A stretch of 64,000 bases of DNA from an uncultured delta proteobacterium (GCA_963753975.1 CAVWEH010000002.1:160001-224000); one strand, 5' to 3'. Positions 1 to 11,691 are shown, counted from the first letter of the stretch. Numbers and translations are program-made. Notes: generated from the sequence alone by a model not told the origin.

Positions 1-530
1 TGGCCAGAGCTGCCGGACCCGCATATTCTCCGTCTCTATTTAAAACAGGGCAGGCGCCGTAACAGCAGGCGCAAAGGATGCAATTGACAAACTGATCTAT
101 CTTCTTTCGATCATCCTCACTTTGGTATATTTCCTTATCAGGAGCGGGGCTCTTGCGTATGAGATATGGCTGTATCTTTTCATACATCTGCCAGAAGGGA
201 GTCATGTCCACGACGAGGTCTTTGATAATTTCGAAATTGGGCAGAGGCTCCAAGATTATCGTATCTGTGTCGAAAATGGCGACCTGCGTCCGGCAGGCCA
301 GATCAATTTTACCATTGATGACCATCGCGCACGAGCCGCAAATCGCCGAACGGCAGGAAGACCGGAAGGAAAGCGTCCCGTCAATTTCATCACGAATGCG
401 TAAAAGCATCGCCAGATACGGTCAGGCCGGGGATAACTTTGATCTTGTAGGATACAAAGTGTGGTTCTTTCTCCGGTTCCTTGACGTCATAACGCAGAAT
501 TTTGAAGGTATAAGTATCGCTCTTAATCAA
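1..530 (-). CDS. sdhB: Succinate dehydrogenase/fumarate reductase Fe-S subunit, partial (runs off the window; +1 indel near 416)
   Basis: Hand translation: TTG start overlapping the sdhA stop, YTFKILRYD..., then after a 1-nt shift DGTLSFRSSCRSAICGSCAM and CILCACCYGACP Fe-S motifs. Confidence 0.9.
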
Positions 531-2230
531 TATTTCCTCTCCATGGGTTGATAGTTGGTAATGACAACGTCTTTATAAGAGATGACCGGCTCTCTCTTTT
601 TGCCCATTTTGACGATGGTGTGCTTGAGCCACTTCTTATCGTTTCTCGTGGTATAGTCGCGCCGGAAATGAGCGCCGCGGCTCTCCTCACGCAGGAGCGC
701 GCCCAGAACAATGGTATGCGCTACTTCCAGCATATACTCGAACTCCAGCGCATTGTGCAGTTCATAATTCATGTGCTTATCCGCGGAGGAAATGCTGACG
801 TTTTTGTATCGTTCCTTGATTTTTATGACTTCATCCAGTGCTTGAGCAAGTTCTATTTTAGTACGGAAAATACCTACTTTTTCGCTCATTAACGCGCCCA
901 AATCCGCCGCCAGCTTGTAGGGCCTTTCCCCGCCCGGTTTCGTAAGACACGCAATCTTTTTTTCCACTTCTTTTTTTAAATTCTGCAGAGGTTTATCTTT
1001 AGGTTTTAAATTAGTTGCTGACAATTCTTCATCAATGGCTCGGGCGGCAAGTTTCCCGAAGACGATGGTATCAAGAAGCGAATTTCCGCCGAGCCGGTTG
1101 GCGCCGTGGACGCTCACGCAGGAGCATTCACCCGCGGCGTAAAATCCTTTTATAGCGGAGGCGCCTTTTTCATTGACATCGATGCCGCCCATCGAATAAT
1201 GCTGAGAAGGCATAATTGGAATCGGCTCTTTGACCGGATCGATACCGATAAAATCGATACAGATACTACGAATACCGGGAAGACACTCCAAAATCTTCTT
1301 TTCCCCCAGATGGCGTAAATCCAGCTGAATATATTTTCCCAGTGGATGATCAAAACCGCGGCCTTCATTAATTTCCGTCTGGATACAACGTGAAACAATA
1401 TCACGCGGCGCAAGTTCCATGGCCGAGGGCGCATAATTTTTCATGAAGCGCTCACCGCGGTTGTTAAAAAGAACACCACCTTCTCCCCGACAACCTTCGG
1501 TCATCAGAATATTCGTGCCGATAAGAGTTGTGGGGTGAAACTGGACAAACTCCATATCTTTCAAGCCCACTCCGGCCTTATAAGCCATGCCGATGCCGCT
1601 GCCGGTATTGATGAGAGCGTTAGTTGAGTTGCGGTAAACTCTTCCGTAGCCGCCGGTCCCGAATATAGTTACTTTGGCGCGCACAGGGATTAGTTCGCCT
1701 GTGTGAATATCGAGAATAACGACGCCGTGGCATTGGCCGTCTTCCACGCATAGGCTCGTAACAAACCATTCGGGATAGATTTTGACTCTTTTATAAACAG
1801 CTCTTTCATAAAGAGTGTTCAAAAGCGAATGGCCGGTGACATCGGCGGAATAGCAGGTGCGCGGGTAGCCTCCTCCGCCGAAAGGGCGCTGCGCGATCGT
1901 TCCGTCGGGAAATCTGCTGAAAGGGCAGCCCCAGTGCTCCATTTCATAGACAATTCCGGGGGCTTCCTTGCACATGATTTCAATCGCATTCTGATCGCCC
2001 AGATAATCACTGCCCTTGACCGTATCGAAGGTATGCTTTTCCCAGGAATCGTCACGGCCGGCGGGATTGTTGGTGAGCGCCGCGTTGATGCCGCCCTGCG
2101 CGGCTATGGAATGTGAACGCACGGGATAGACCTTGGAAATCAATCCCACATCGTATTTATCGCAAAGACCGACGGCCGCCCTGAGTCCGGTCAAGCCGCC
2201 GCCAACTATTAGAATATCGTGAGTAAGCAT
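527..2230 (-). CDS. sdhA: Succinate dehydrogenase/fumarate reductase flavoprotein subunit
   Basis: GGGLTG Rossmann motif, RSHSIAAQGG covalent-FAD His, QFHPT, HYSMGG, HGANRLGGNSL, ESRGAH. Confidence 0.95.
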   Translation of the reverse strand: MLTHDILIVGGGLTGLRAAVGLCDKYDVGLISKVYPVRSHSIAAQGGINAALTNNPAGRDDSWEKHTFDTVKGSDYLGDQNAIEIMCKEAPGIVYEMEHWGCPFSRFPDGTIAQRPFGGGGYPRTCYSADVTGHSLLNTLYERAVYKRVKIYPEWFVTSLCVEDGQCHGVVILDIHTGELIPVRAKVTIFGTGGYGRVYRNSTNALINTGSGIGMAYKAGVGLKDMEFVQFHPTTLIGTNILMTEGCRGEGGVLFNNRGERFMKNYAPSAMELAPRDIVSRCIQTEINEGRGFDHPLGKYIQLDLRHLGEKKILECLPGIRSICIDFIGIDPVKEPIPIMPSQHYSMGGIDVNEKGASAIKGFYAAGECSCVSVHGANRLGGNSLLDTIVFGKLAARAIDEELSATNLKPKDKPLQNLKKEVEKKIACLTKPGGERPYKLAADLGALMSEKVGIFRTKIELAQALDEVIKIKERYKNVSISSADKHMNYELHNALEFEYMLEVAHTIVLGALLREESRGAHFRRDYTTRNDKKWLKHTIVKMGKKREPVISYKDVVITNYQPMERKY

Positions 2231-2232
2231 AA

Positions 2233-2538
2233 TTACGAAACCCTGACAAAAAAGTAAATTAAAACGGCCGAAACAGCCGCTGCCGCAATGTTCGATACCC
2301 AGAACAACTGCTTTTCCTTGCGGTAACCAAAATCAATAATGATAGTGCGAATACCGTAGATGCTGTGAAAAGTAAAAAGAATCAGGATAAGAACATCAAT
2401 AACCGGATTCCTGTGCAGACTCAAAGCCCAGTCCGGCCGATTATCTTTGGGCAAAAGAAAGTAGCCGGTCAAGATTTTGATGCCGATCAGAACGATCAGC
2501 GTCGCTCCGCTAATGCGATGAAAAAGCCAAATGAACAT
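2233..2538 (-). CDS. sdhC: Sdh cytochrome b membrane anchor (SdhC-like, about 3 TM)
   Basis: HRISG motif, second His in FHSIYGIR, hydrophobic, directly upstream of sdhA. Confidence 0.8.
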   Translation of the reverse strand: MFIWLFHRISGATLIVLIGIKILTGYFLLPKDNRPDWALSLHRNPVIDVLILILFTFHSIYGIRTIIIDFGYRKEKQLFWVSNIAAAAVSAVLIYFFVRVS

Positions 2539-2569
2539 ATGTTCCCCCTACCTGTTTGTGATTAAACCC

Positions 2570-3352
2570 TCATTTTCCTTTATAGCTCGGTTTTCTTTTT
2601 TCCAAAAAGGCCTTCATGCCTTCCGTTTGATCTTCACTGGCAAAGGCCAGAGAGAAAGACGCTCTTTCAATAATTTTGCCCGTGTAGTTATCAACATCTT
2701 GCGAATTTTGCACCGAATATTTTGCTAAACCAACAGCGACCGGACTGTGCCGGGTGATCATCTTGGCCATGGCAAAAGTTTCTTCCATCAATTTATCATC
2801 AGGAACAACTTTATTTACAAGGTTGATAGACAGAGCCTCTGCGGCCGAAATCATTTTGCCGGTAAGGACAAGCTCTTTGGCTTTACCTAAGCCCACCAGC
2901 TTGGAAAGACGAACCGTTCCGCCAGCACCGGGAATAATACCGATATTAATTTCCGGCTGGCCGAATTGCGCGCTTTCTCCGGCGATGCGAATATCACAGC
3001 CCATGGCTAATTCACAACCGCCGCCCAGGCAGAAACCGGCAATTGCCGCAATAAACGGTTTTCTCGATTCTTCCATTCTCAATGTTAGATCCCAAAGCTC
3101 CGAGTTGGAAAACATCTCCATAGAGGTGTTATTGACCATGGCGGCAATATCCGCTCCCGCAGCAAAAACCTTCTGGCCTCCGGTGAGGATGATGGCGCGC
3201 ACATTCGCATCCGCTTCCATATCGGCGATCGCCCGGGCTAATTCCGTTCGGACGGTTTGATTGATCGCATTGCGCACTTCGGGACGGTTCAGGGTAATGA
3301 TGCCGAGTTTCTCCTCGGCTTTTTTCTCTACAATAATAGCAGTATAACTCAT
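2570..3352 (-). CDS. Enoyl-CoA hydratase (crotonase family)
   Basis: LNRPEVRNA, FAAGADI, GGGCELA, QPEI; ATG at 3352 follows an AGGAGG RBS. Confidence 0.92.
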   Translation of the reverse strand: MSYTAIIVEKKAEEKLGIITLNRPEVRNAINQTVRTELARAIADMEADANVRAIILTGGQKVFAAGADIAAMVNNTSMEMFSNSELWDLTLRMEESRKPFIAAIAGFCLGGGCELAMGCDIRIAGESAQFGQPEINIGIIPGAGGTVRLSKLVGLGKAKELVLTGKMISAAEALSINLVNKVVPDDKLMEETFAMAKMITRHSPVAVGLAKYSVQNSQDVDNYTGKIIERASFSLAFASEDQTEGMKAFLEKRKPSYKGK

Positions 3353-3371
3353 GGATATCCTCCTTCTAGAT

Positions 3372-5207
3372 TTAATTAACCACCAATGATTCTTCCGGGC
3401 AAGCAATCACAATATCTTCTTCACTCTTAATCAGCTCTGTAGTGAGAAATGCTTGGGGAAGTATGTTATTTAAGTAATAGCGGGCGGACGCGATTTTGCC
3501 CTCGTAAAATATTGCCTCGCTTGTTCCTTTTTTCTGTCCGGAGAGCTTTTGCGAGGCAATCAACGCCTGTTCCAGAAGGCATTGACTTACAAAGACCTGT
3601 GAACAGACAAAGAGCGCCCGCATAGCGTTAAGTGGTATCAACTGCCGCTTGGCATCAAAATTACCATACCAGGAATCAAAGGTTCTCTTAACTTCCGTCA
3701 GGGCTTGATAACCTGTGTCCAGATTTTTCATTTCCTTCTCCAAGCCTTTGGCTTTCATGTTGGCATCGATAAATTCCTTGATGGAAGCGAGCCAGTGAGC
3801 AAAAGGTGCCCCTTCCTTCATGCGCATTTTGCGCCCGACCAGGTCGTTGGCGTGAATAAACGATGTGCCTTCCCAAATGGTCAAAATCTTGGAATCACGC
3901 AGATATTGTTCTACCGGATATTCCGTGGAGTAGCCGACGCCTCCTAAAACCTGAATCGCTTCGGCGATAACACCGAGGCTTGCTTCACTGCCATAGCCTT
4001 TAACCAGGGGTGTAAGAATTTCAGCAAACTCACCGTATTTTTTAGCTTTTTCTTTATCAGAAGAGTTACCCTGAATATCCAAATAATAAAACCCCTTGAA
4101 AATCATCGCCCGGATTCCTTCGACCGTGGCTTTCATGTCGAGAAGCATGCGGCGAATATCTTCATGTTTGATAATCGGTACGCGATCGGCGTTTTTGATG
4201 CCGAAAGGACGGCCCTGAATGCGTTCCGTGGCATACTGGGAGGCAAAATAGTAAGCGGCTGCGGCCTGCGTATTAGAATTATGGCCGGTGCCGATTCGCG
4301 ATTCGTTCATCATGTGAAACATCATGGAAAGGCCTTGAGAAAAGCCTCTGGCATCGGGAGCTGGGCCGAGCATAATACCACGGCAGTTATCGTCGTCGCC
4401 GAAATTAAGTAGTGCCGTCGCCTGCGCGTGCAGTCCCATTTTGTGCTCGATGCTGACTGTGACGACGTCATTATGTTTGCCCAGAGAGCCGTCATCATTT
4501 ACCCATATTTTAGGGACAATATAAAGTCCGATACCTGGCGAGCCGGGCGCTCCTTTTTCGGGACGTGCGAGTACGAGATGGATCGTATTTTCACCCGTGC
4601 CCTGGTCTCCGGCAGTGATGAACATTTTGGTTCCTTTGATCTTCCAGATACGGGGATCTTCAGTGGGATAGGCGTGCGTGATGATATCACCGGTATCCGA
4701 ACCGAAGTTCGGTTCGGTCAGGCACATTGTTCCCTGCCAATCGCCGCTGAGCATTTTCGGAATGAACATGTCGTTATCTTTTTGAGCACCGAAACGCAGG
4801 ATAAGATTGGCCGCGCCGCTGGTTAATTTTACGCAGGAGGTAAGGGCGGGGCAGGCGGCGGTATTCATTTCCGCGATAGCCTTGTACAGGATCAGGGGCA
4901 TTCCTGTTTCGATTTTGATACATTCGCTGCTGGAACCCCAGCCATTTTGCTGTAAAAACTGGTAGGCTTCTTTGAAACCGGGAACAGGCGTCACCTTGCC
5001 ACCTTCGAACTTAACGCCAATTTTGTCTCCCGGGGCGTTGATGGGATTGACGATTTCCCGCGCCACCTTATAACCTTCGTTCAGCAGCATTTCCACATCA
5101 TCGAGGCTGAAATTTTCCTTGAATCTGTTGCAGGCAAGCACTTCTTCGGCAGGCAACCATTCCCTAAGAATGAATTTCAAATCTCTCAGGTCGTACTTAA
5201 ATTCCAT
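3372..5207 (-). CDS. Long-type acyl-CoA dehydrogenase (611 aa)
   Basis: GTMCLTEP..GSD, GTKMFIT, EHKMG, QVLGGVGY, IWEGT. Confidence 0.92.
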   Translation of the reverse strand: MEFKYDLRDLKFILREWLPAEEVLACNRFKENFSLDDVEMLLNEGYKVAREIVNPINAPGDKIGVKFEGGKVTPVPGFKEAYQFLQQNGWGSSSECIKIETGMPLILYKAIAEMNTAACPALTSCVKLTSGAANLILRFGAQKDNDMFIPKMLSGDWQGTMCLTEPNFGSDTGDIITHAYPTEDPRIWKIKGTKMFITAGDQGTGENTIHLVLARPEKGAPGSPGIGLYIVPKIWVNDDGSLGKHNDVVTVSIEHKMGLHAQATALLNFGDDDNCRGIMLGPAPDARGFSQGLSMMFHMMNESRIGTGHNSNTQAAAAYYFASQYATERIQGRPFGIKNADRVPIIKHEDIRRMLLDMKATVEGIRAMIFKGFYYLDIQGNSSDKEKAKKYGEFAEILTPLVKGYGSEASLGVIAEAIQVLGGVGYSTEYPVEQYLRDSKILTIWEGTSFIHANDLVGRKMRMKEGAPFAHWLASIKEFIDANMKAKGLEKEMKNLDTGYQALTEVKRTFDSWYGNFDAKRQLIPLNAMRALFVCSQVFVSQCLLEQALIASQKLSGQKKGTSEAIFYEGKIASARYYLNNILPQAFLTTELIKSEEDIVIACPEESLVVN

Positions 5208-5262
5208 TTTCGCTCTCCTTGTTTTTTAATATTCTATTCACATCTATCTTGCTGTATTCATC

Positions 5263-7023
5263 TTACGGACGGTCCAGACCTTTCACTATTTCGGAGCGAA
5301 TGATACGCGGCAATATCATATGATGTTTAGGACAGATCGCTTGCGGATTCTGGTAAACGCAATTGGTAAAGGCCACGAGATATTTACGGATTTCATGAAA
5401 ACGCACGACTTCATCGACAAAACCTTTCTTGGCGCAAAACAGAGGCCCGGAAGTCTTGTCATAGTGTTCAACCATCTCGTTCATTTTGTCGATAACAGGT
5501 TTTAAAGGTTTCCCGGCATCTTTCTCCTTGACCAGTCTGCGGGCGTAACTTGCGGCGGCCGCTGTTTCGCCGTGCATCACATTGATTTCGGTTGCGGCCG
5601 TGCCCAGCGAGAAAGCATTGTTGTTATTGGCTGTCGGGCCACCTAAAACATAATGCGCGGCGGCGGTTCCTTTGCGCAAAACAACGAGCATCATCGGCAG
5701 ATTTGTATTTTCAATGGAATAAATCAATGATTGACCTAAGCCCAGAAGCTCGGCTTTTTCCGCGATATCTCCCACGTCAATTCCGGTGGTATCTTGAAAC
5801 CAGATCACCGGAACCTTGTCGCGGGAGCAGAGTGTTACGAATTCGCTCATTTTGATTAAGCCTTGACGGTAGAGCTTGCCTCCGACGCCGATATATTCAT
5901 TGGTGTATTCAGGATAATCAGGCAGAATGCCCTGCCGATTGCCGATGGCACCGATGAGATAGCCGTTGATTTTTACCAGGCCTGTGTAAATTTCCGGGCC
6001 GAATCCCGGACGAAATTCGAGATGTTCGGAGTTGTCCACCAGCCGGGCGAGAACCTGTTCGAAATCGTACACCCTTTTTTTATTCATCGGAATTATAGAG
6101 GTAATTTCCATGGGCGAATATCTCGGTTCGGCAGGTTCGCTTACGCGGAAAAATTTGGGGTTGTAAGCCGGCATATCCGCCATATAATCTTTGATCGCAT
6201 CCAGGACTTGCTTCTCTTCGTCGAAAACAGCGCTGAAAAAACCGGTCACATCATAATGGACTTTGACACTTCCCGGAGGAACCGATTGGAAATGTCTCGT
6301 TGCGTTAATAATCTCTTCCGCCCCTTCTTCATCAAAAGAACCTTTCGGGGACATGCCGCTCACGATGCCGCCGCCGCCCACAGCCATGTTAGCTTTTTTG
6401 TGGGCAAGTAAAATAGTCGGGCTGATGGCCTGGTAGCCGCCGCCGGCGGGATTGGTGCCGTAGATACCGGCAATAACGGGTATGCCCATCTGTTCCAGTT
6501 CGGCATGACGGAAAAAGCATGTTCCCTGACCGCGACGATTGGCATAAACCTTTTCCTGCTCGGGTAACTTAACACCGGAGCAATTCACCAGCCAGACCAG
6601 GGGAACATGCAGAATCTTGGCGATGTCCGTCACGCGCAGATTGTTTTCCGCCTGCCCGGCAATCCAGGCGCCAGCCATCCATTTGTTATTAAAGCCGATG
6701 AGAATGCACCATTTGCCGTTGATACGAGCCAGACCGTCAACAACACCGGTACTGCCCGATTCCTCGTTTTCCGGATCGAATATGGTGTGCAGAGGGCAAA
6801 ATGTTCCGGGATCGACTAGATAATCAATACGCTCCCAGACGCTCATTTCGCCGCGTTCATGCATAGCTTCGAGCGGTACGCCGACTTTTTTAATCCTCGC
6901 TGCTTCGGCATCGAGCTGTCTCATTACTTCTTCCGCCTGCTTGATGTTCTCCTTCATACTATCGATTTGTTTCGGCGAAAGCGCCTTTCCCAAAGGATCC
7001 ATTTTCTCAAAATATTGTTTCAT
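5263..7023 (-). CDS. gcdA: Glutaconyl-CoA decarboxylase alpha (carboxyltransferase) subunit-like
   Basis: MKQYFEKM start, NCSGVKLPEQ, GTNPAGGGY, QDTTGIDVG, RKGTAAAHYVLGGP resemble GcdA. Confidence 0.8.
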   Translation of the reverse strand: MKQYFEKMDPLGKALSPKQIDSMKENIKQAEEVMRQLDAEAARIKKVGVPLEAMHERGEMSVWERIDYLVDPGTFCPLHTIFDPENEESGSTGVVDGLARINGKWCILIGFNNKWMAGAWIAGQAENNLRVTDIAKILHVPLVWLVNCSGVKLPEQEKVYANRRGQGTCFFRHAELEQMGIPVIAGIYGTNPAGGGYQAISPTILLAHKKANMAVGGGGIVSGMSPKGSFDEEGAEEIINATRHFQSVPPGSVKVHYDVTGFFSAVFDEEKQVLDAIKDYMADMPAYNPKFFRVSEPAEPRYSPMEITSIIPMNKKRVYDFEQVLARLVDNSEHLEFRPGFGPEIYTGLVKINGYLIGAIGNRQGILPDYPEYTNEYIGVGGKLYRQGLIKMSEFVTLCSRDKVPVIWFQDTTGIDVGDIAEKAELLGLGQSLIYSIENTNLPMMLVVLRKGTAAAHYVLGGPTANNNNAFSLGTAATEINVMHGETAAAASYARRLVKEKDAGKPLKPVIDKMNEMVEHYDKTSGPLFCAKKGFVDEVVRFHEIRKYLVAFTNCVYQNPQAICPKHHMILPRIIRSEIVKGLDRP

Positions 7024-7050
7024 TTTTAAAACCCGCAAATTATGATTTGG

Positions 7051-7931
7051 TTAGCCCTGCCTATTTAAAGCCTGTTTCATCGCCTCGGCTATTTTAGTGG
7101 GACTTTTCGCCACGGTAACACCGCATTCGGAAAGTACCCTGATTTTATCCGCTGCCAGGCCTTTGCCACCGGTAATAATTGCGCCGGCGTGCCCCATGCG
7201 TTTGCCCGGAGGTGCCGTAAGTCCGGCAATAAAGGCAGCAACGGGTTTTCTCATATTTTTTTTGATCCATTCGGCCGCCGTTTCTTCGGCATCGCCGCCG
7301 ATTTCGCCGATCATAAAGATACCTTTTGTTTGAGAATCTTCGTTGAATAGTTTCAGTATATCCATGAAACTCATGCCGATTATCGGATCTCCACCAATCC
7401 CCACGCAGGTAGATTGACCCAAACCGGATTCAGTTAGCTGTTTTACCGCCTCATAGGTGAGCGTGCCGCTACGGGAAACAACGCCGATTTCTCCCTTTTT
7501 ATGAATGGCACCGGGCATGATTCCCAGCCTCGCATTCACCCGGCGTAATCACACCGGGACAATTTGGGCCAATGAGTTTCATTGAGCTGTCCCTGAAGAT
7601 ATCTTTTTACCACGACCATATCGCGTATAGGAATGCCTTCGGTAATACAAACGGCCAGTTCAATCCCACCATCTGCCGCTTCCAGAATCGCCTCTGCCGC
7701 CCAGGGGGCGGGAACTAAAATCATCGAAACCGTGGCCCTCGTTGCGCGGACTGCCTCGCGAAGGGTATCGAATACGGGAAATCCCTCGATTGTAGTGCCG
7801 CCTTTTCCTGGAGTGATTCCTCCGACAATATTGCTTCCGTAATCCCGGCACTGCAAAGCGTGAAAAAGGCCGCTTTTACCGGTGATGCCTTGAACAATTA
7901 TTTTAGAAGCACTGTTGATCAAAATGGCCAT
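7051..7931 (-). CDS. sucD: Succinyl-CoA synthetase alpha subunit (two +1 indels near 7592 and 7531)
   Basis: VQGITG..., LIGPNCPG in an intermediate frame, [18 protein letters not shown] phospho-His. Confidence 0.92.
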
Positions 7932-7961
7932 TTCTTTATCCGTCGGTTTTAAAATTATTCC

Positions 7962-9146
7962 TTAATTTATGAGGAGGGCTTTGCGTTTTTTATTGACCTT
8001 CTGGACAATTTTAGCTACGCCATCTCTGAGATTATCAACGGTTTCGACGTTCAGCCCTGATTGAGAAAGAAGGCTTTTGCCTTCGGCAAGGCGGCTTCCA
8101 TCCATCCTCACCACGATAGGGAGGCTGCAAACTATATCCGTTGTGGCGTCAATAATACCTTGAGCGATTATGTCACAGCGCATAATGCCGCCGAAAATGT
8201 TAACAAAAATTCCTTTTACCTTTTTATCTTTTAAAATAATCTTAAAAGCCTCGGCCACTTTTTCCCTGTTTGCTCCGCCGCCGACATCAAGGAAGTTAGC
8301 CGGTTCGCCCCCACATTCTTTCAAAGCATCCAGTGTGGCCATGGCCAGACCGGCGCCATTCACCATACAGCCTATGTTTCCGTTTAATTTTATATAAGCG
8401 AGGTCAAATTTTTTAGCCTGAATTTCCAGAATATCCAACTGTGAAAAATCAATCATTTTTTCATAATCAGGGTGACGGAAGAGAGCATTGTCGTCGAAAT
8501 TTATTTTACAGTCCATGGCTATCAATTTACCGGCCTTGCCGACAGCAAGAGGATTAATCTCAACTAATGAGCAATCCTTTTCTAAAACTATTTTATACAA
8601 ATTCTGCACGAGTTTAACGCCATCATCGACAATTTTGCCTTTCAGTCCCAGGGCTAGGGCCATTTCGCGGGCCTGATAGGGCCGTACTCCAAGAAAAGGA
8701 TCAATATAAAGAGTATGAATTTTTTCGGGTGACACGCGCGCCACTTCTTCGATATCCATGCCTCCTTCGGCAGAAGCGATAAGGCAATAGCGGGATGTCT
8801 GTCTATCCAGAGTGATGGAGAGATAAAACTCTTTTTCGATTTCCACGATTTCCTCAATAAGAATATACTTGACGGCCAGCCCCTTACTCCCGGTCTGAAT
8901 AGTCACCAGTTTCTTTTTAAAGAGTTCTTTTGCCGCCTCAACGGCTTGAAGTGGATCCTGCACTTTCATTACCCCTCCGGCTTTTCCGCGGCCACCCGCG
9001 TAGATCTGCGCTTTCAATACGCAGGGCCGACCGAATTCCTCCAGAACCTTCTGTGTTTGGCGGATCGTTTTTACCATTCTTCCGGCCGGCACGGGGATAT
9101 CGTATGATTTCAGAATCTCTTTGGCCTGGTATTCATGAATATTCAT
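7962..9146 (-). CDS. sucC: Succinyl-CoA synthetase beta subunit
   Basis: [40 protein letters not shown]. Confidence 0.96.
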   Translation of the reverse strand: MNIHEYQAKEILKSYDIPVPAGRMVKTIRQTQKVLEEFGRPCVLKAQIYAGGRGKAGGVMKVQDPLQAVEAAKELFKKKLVTIQTGSKGLAVKYILIEEIVEIEKEFYLSITLDRQTSRYCLIASAEGGMDIEEVARVSPEKIHTLYIDPFLGVRPYQAREMALALGLKGKIVDDGVKLVQNLYKIVLEKDCSLVEINPLAVGKAGKLIAMDCKINFDDNALFRHPDYEKMIDFSQLDILEIQAKKFDLAYIKLNGNIGCMVNGAGLAMATLDALKECGGEPANFLDVGGGANREKVAEAFKIILKDKKVKGIFVNIFGGIMRCDIIAQGIIDATTDIVCSLPIVVRMDGSRLAEGKSLLSQSGLNVETVDNLRDGVAKIVQKVNKKRKALLIN

Positions 9147-9238
9147 TTCATTTTACCGGTTCCAACACATGTGCATTATTTTTCAACTAGATCAAAGAAA
9201 CGATTTGAGTATCTTGGGTAAATCATTTAAATGATCTC

Positions 9239-10396
9239 TTATACTCTGTTGGGAGCATAACCGAGCGCGGCGTTAGCCACGATCATAGTATGCATATTGG
9301 ATGTTCCTTCCAGCGTTTCGAATTGTTTGGCATCGCGCAGGAATCGGCCGCAGGGATATTCATCGGAATATCCAAACGATCCGAATAACTTCATGCATTC
9401 GTTGGCCGCATGAACGACCTCTTTGGCTCCGTAAAGTTTGGACATCGATGTTTCCATCACGTTGGGAAGTCCTTTATCCTTCAGCCAAGCCGCTTTGTAA
9501 ACAAGATCAGCCATTGCGGCATGTCCCATTTTCATTTCCGCGATCTGTTGCTGAATCAACTGGAATTTGCCGATCTTTTGTCCAAACTGAGATCTTTCGT
9601 TAGCGTATTTGATGGAGGCTTCCAGGATGGCTCCGGAAAGTCCTACTGCACCTGCAGCACATCCGAGCCGTGTGGCATTTAGCTGCGTCATGCACATTTG
9701 AAATCCTTTGTTGACGGTTCCCAGAACGAGTTTTTTCGGCACCTTCACATCTTCAAAAGTAATTTCCGCCGTATCGGAAGCCAAGAGTCCCACTTTTTCA
9801 TGAATCTTTTTACGGGTAATGCCGGGGAGGCTATAATCCATGAGAAAGCAGGTGATCCCATTGGCTCCGGCGTCCTTATTCGTCTTTACATATAATAAGC
9901 CATGATTGGATACTGTTCCGTTCGTAATCCACATCTTATTGCCATTGAGGAGATAATGATTGCCCTTGTCTTCCGCCAAGCATTTCATACCGGCCACATC
10001 GGAGCCGATATCGGTTTCCGTCATGGCGAAGCTGCCGATATATTCACCGCTGACAAATTTAGGAATGTAATGCTGCTTCTGTTCCTCTGTTCCGAATTTT
10101 TGAATGGTCAAAGAAGGTCCCCAACACTGCATGTTAAAGGCCATACGCCAGGATGTATGGACTTTGGCGATTTGTTCGATGACCAGGGCACCTTCCAAAT
10201 AACCCATGCCGTTTCCACCATATTTCTCATCAATGCAGAAACCGAAAAAACCTAATTCAGCCATTTTATCGAATATTTCCTTGCGCCAATGCTGGCTTTT
10301 TTCATCTTCTTCCACATGAGGTTTGATTTCATTTTCGGCAAAATTCCTTGCCATGTCCTGAAGTATTTTTTGTTCTTCGGTTAATCCAAAATCCAT
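9239..10396 (-). CDS. Acyl-CoA dehydrogenase, resembling non-decarboxylating glutaryl-CoA dehydrogenase
   Basis: ACAD motifs; WRMAFNM and C-terminal NR resemble carboxylate-binding residues of Desulfococcus multivorans Acd (from memory); gcdA in the same operon. Confidence 0.7.
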   Translation of the reverse strand: MDFGLTEEQKILQDMARNFAENEIKPHVEEDEKSQHWRKEIFDKMAELGFFGFCIDEKYGGNGMGYLEGALVIEQIAKVHTSWRMAFNMQCWGPSLTIQKFGTEEQKQHYIPKFVSGEYIGSFAMTETDIGSDVAGMKCLAEDKGNHYLLNGNKMWITNGTVSNHGLLYVKTNKDAGANGITCFLMDYSLPGITRKKIHEKVGLLASDTAEITFEDVKVPKKLVLGTVNKGFQMCMTQLNATRLGCAAGAVGLSGAILEASIKYANERSQFGQKIGKFQLIQQQIAEMKMGHAAMADLVYKAAWLKDKGLPNVMETSMSKLYGAKEVVHAANECMKLFGSFGYSDEYPCGRFLRDAKQFETLEGTSNMHTMIVANAALGYAPNRV

Positions 10397-10426
10397 GTTT
10401 AAAATCCTCCCAATTTTTTCTTTAAA

Positions 10427-11691
10427 CTATTTTCTTTCCACGATCAGGCAGATGCCCTGACCGCCGCCGCCGCATATGGTTTCGAGACCGTAACGGCAAT
10501 CTCTGCGAGTCATTTCGTTAATCAGCGTTGTTAAGCGCATTACACCGGTAGCACCGATAGGATGCCCCAAGGAAATTCCGGAACCGTTAACGTTTACTTT
10601 TTCATCCATTTCTTTGTCTTTGATGCCGGAAAGACGGGCATCAGCCAGCGCCTGAACGGCAAAAGCTTCCTGAACTTCGATGAGACCAATCTGGTCAATG
10701 GTAGTTTTTATTTTTTGCAGCGCTTTTTGAACGGACGCAGGCACGGCGGGGTAGGTCAGTTTTGGATCGGTTGCCGCTACCGCACAAGAACGGAAATAAG
10801 CGAGAGGCTTTATTCCCAGCTCTTTCGCTTTTTTTTCGGAAGCGAGCATTATAACCGCTGCGCCGTCATTTTCAGAAGAAGAGTTTCCGGCTGTACAAAC
10901 ACCACCGGAATAAACAGGCTTTAGCTTGGCTAATTTTTCCAGAGTAGTTTCTCTTCTCGGACCTTCATCTACATTGAAGAAAGTCATCTGTTCGCTCTTA
11001 CCTTTACCGACAGGCACGGGAACGATTTCTTCAGCAAATTTTCCGGCATCCTGCGCCGCAATCGCTCTCTGATGGCTCCGGAGTGCCCACTGATCGGCTT
11101 CTTCCCGCGTTATTTTTTCTTTTTTGGCCGCGGCTTCGGCCCAGGTCATCATGGAACTGAGTTCGCCGTAGCGGGCAATGGGCTGCGACATAACGCGCGC
11201 GCGCTGGATGCGATCATAGAAGGGGATTCCCCACATGGCCAGAGCGCCGTGTCCTCTGGGCATAAAGCCGTATTTTTCATGAGTCTTGCCTCCCAGTCCC
11301 CACTTGATATCACCGGGAATATATAGTTCGGCCTGGCTCATAGAGTCCATACCGCCGGCAATAACAATATCAGCATTTCCCGTTTGTATTTTCATGGCAC
11401 CGAAAAAAATAGCATCCAGACCCGAACAGCAACGCCGGTCAAGAACAACTCCCGGAACGCTGTCCGGCCAGCCGGCTTCCAGAACTGCCATGCGCGCGCC
11501 GTTGGCGCATTCGCCGTTTTGATAAGCCGTTCCCATAATCACATCTTCAATCTGTGCCGGATCTATTTTTGCCCGTTTAACAATTCCTGCAAAACAATAG
11601 CGCCAAGTTTATAAACAGGAATATCTTTTAGAGAACCACCGTAAGCGCCGATAGGAGTGCGCACACAATTTAAAATGACAACGTTTTCCAT
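10427..11691 (-). CDS. Thiolase (acetyl-CoA C-acyltransferase); -1 indel near 11584
   Basis: MENVVILNCVRTPIG N-terminus lies in another frame; RRCCSG, NGSGISLGHPIGATG, ICGGGGQG. Confidence 0.92.

Noticed and set aside
7531..7600. Programmed frameshifting in sucD, iorB or recJ
   Set aside because: No slippery heptamers; sucD would need two shifts; indel error is simpler
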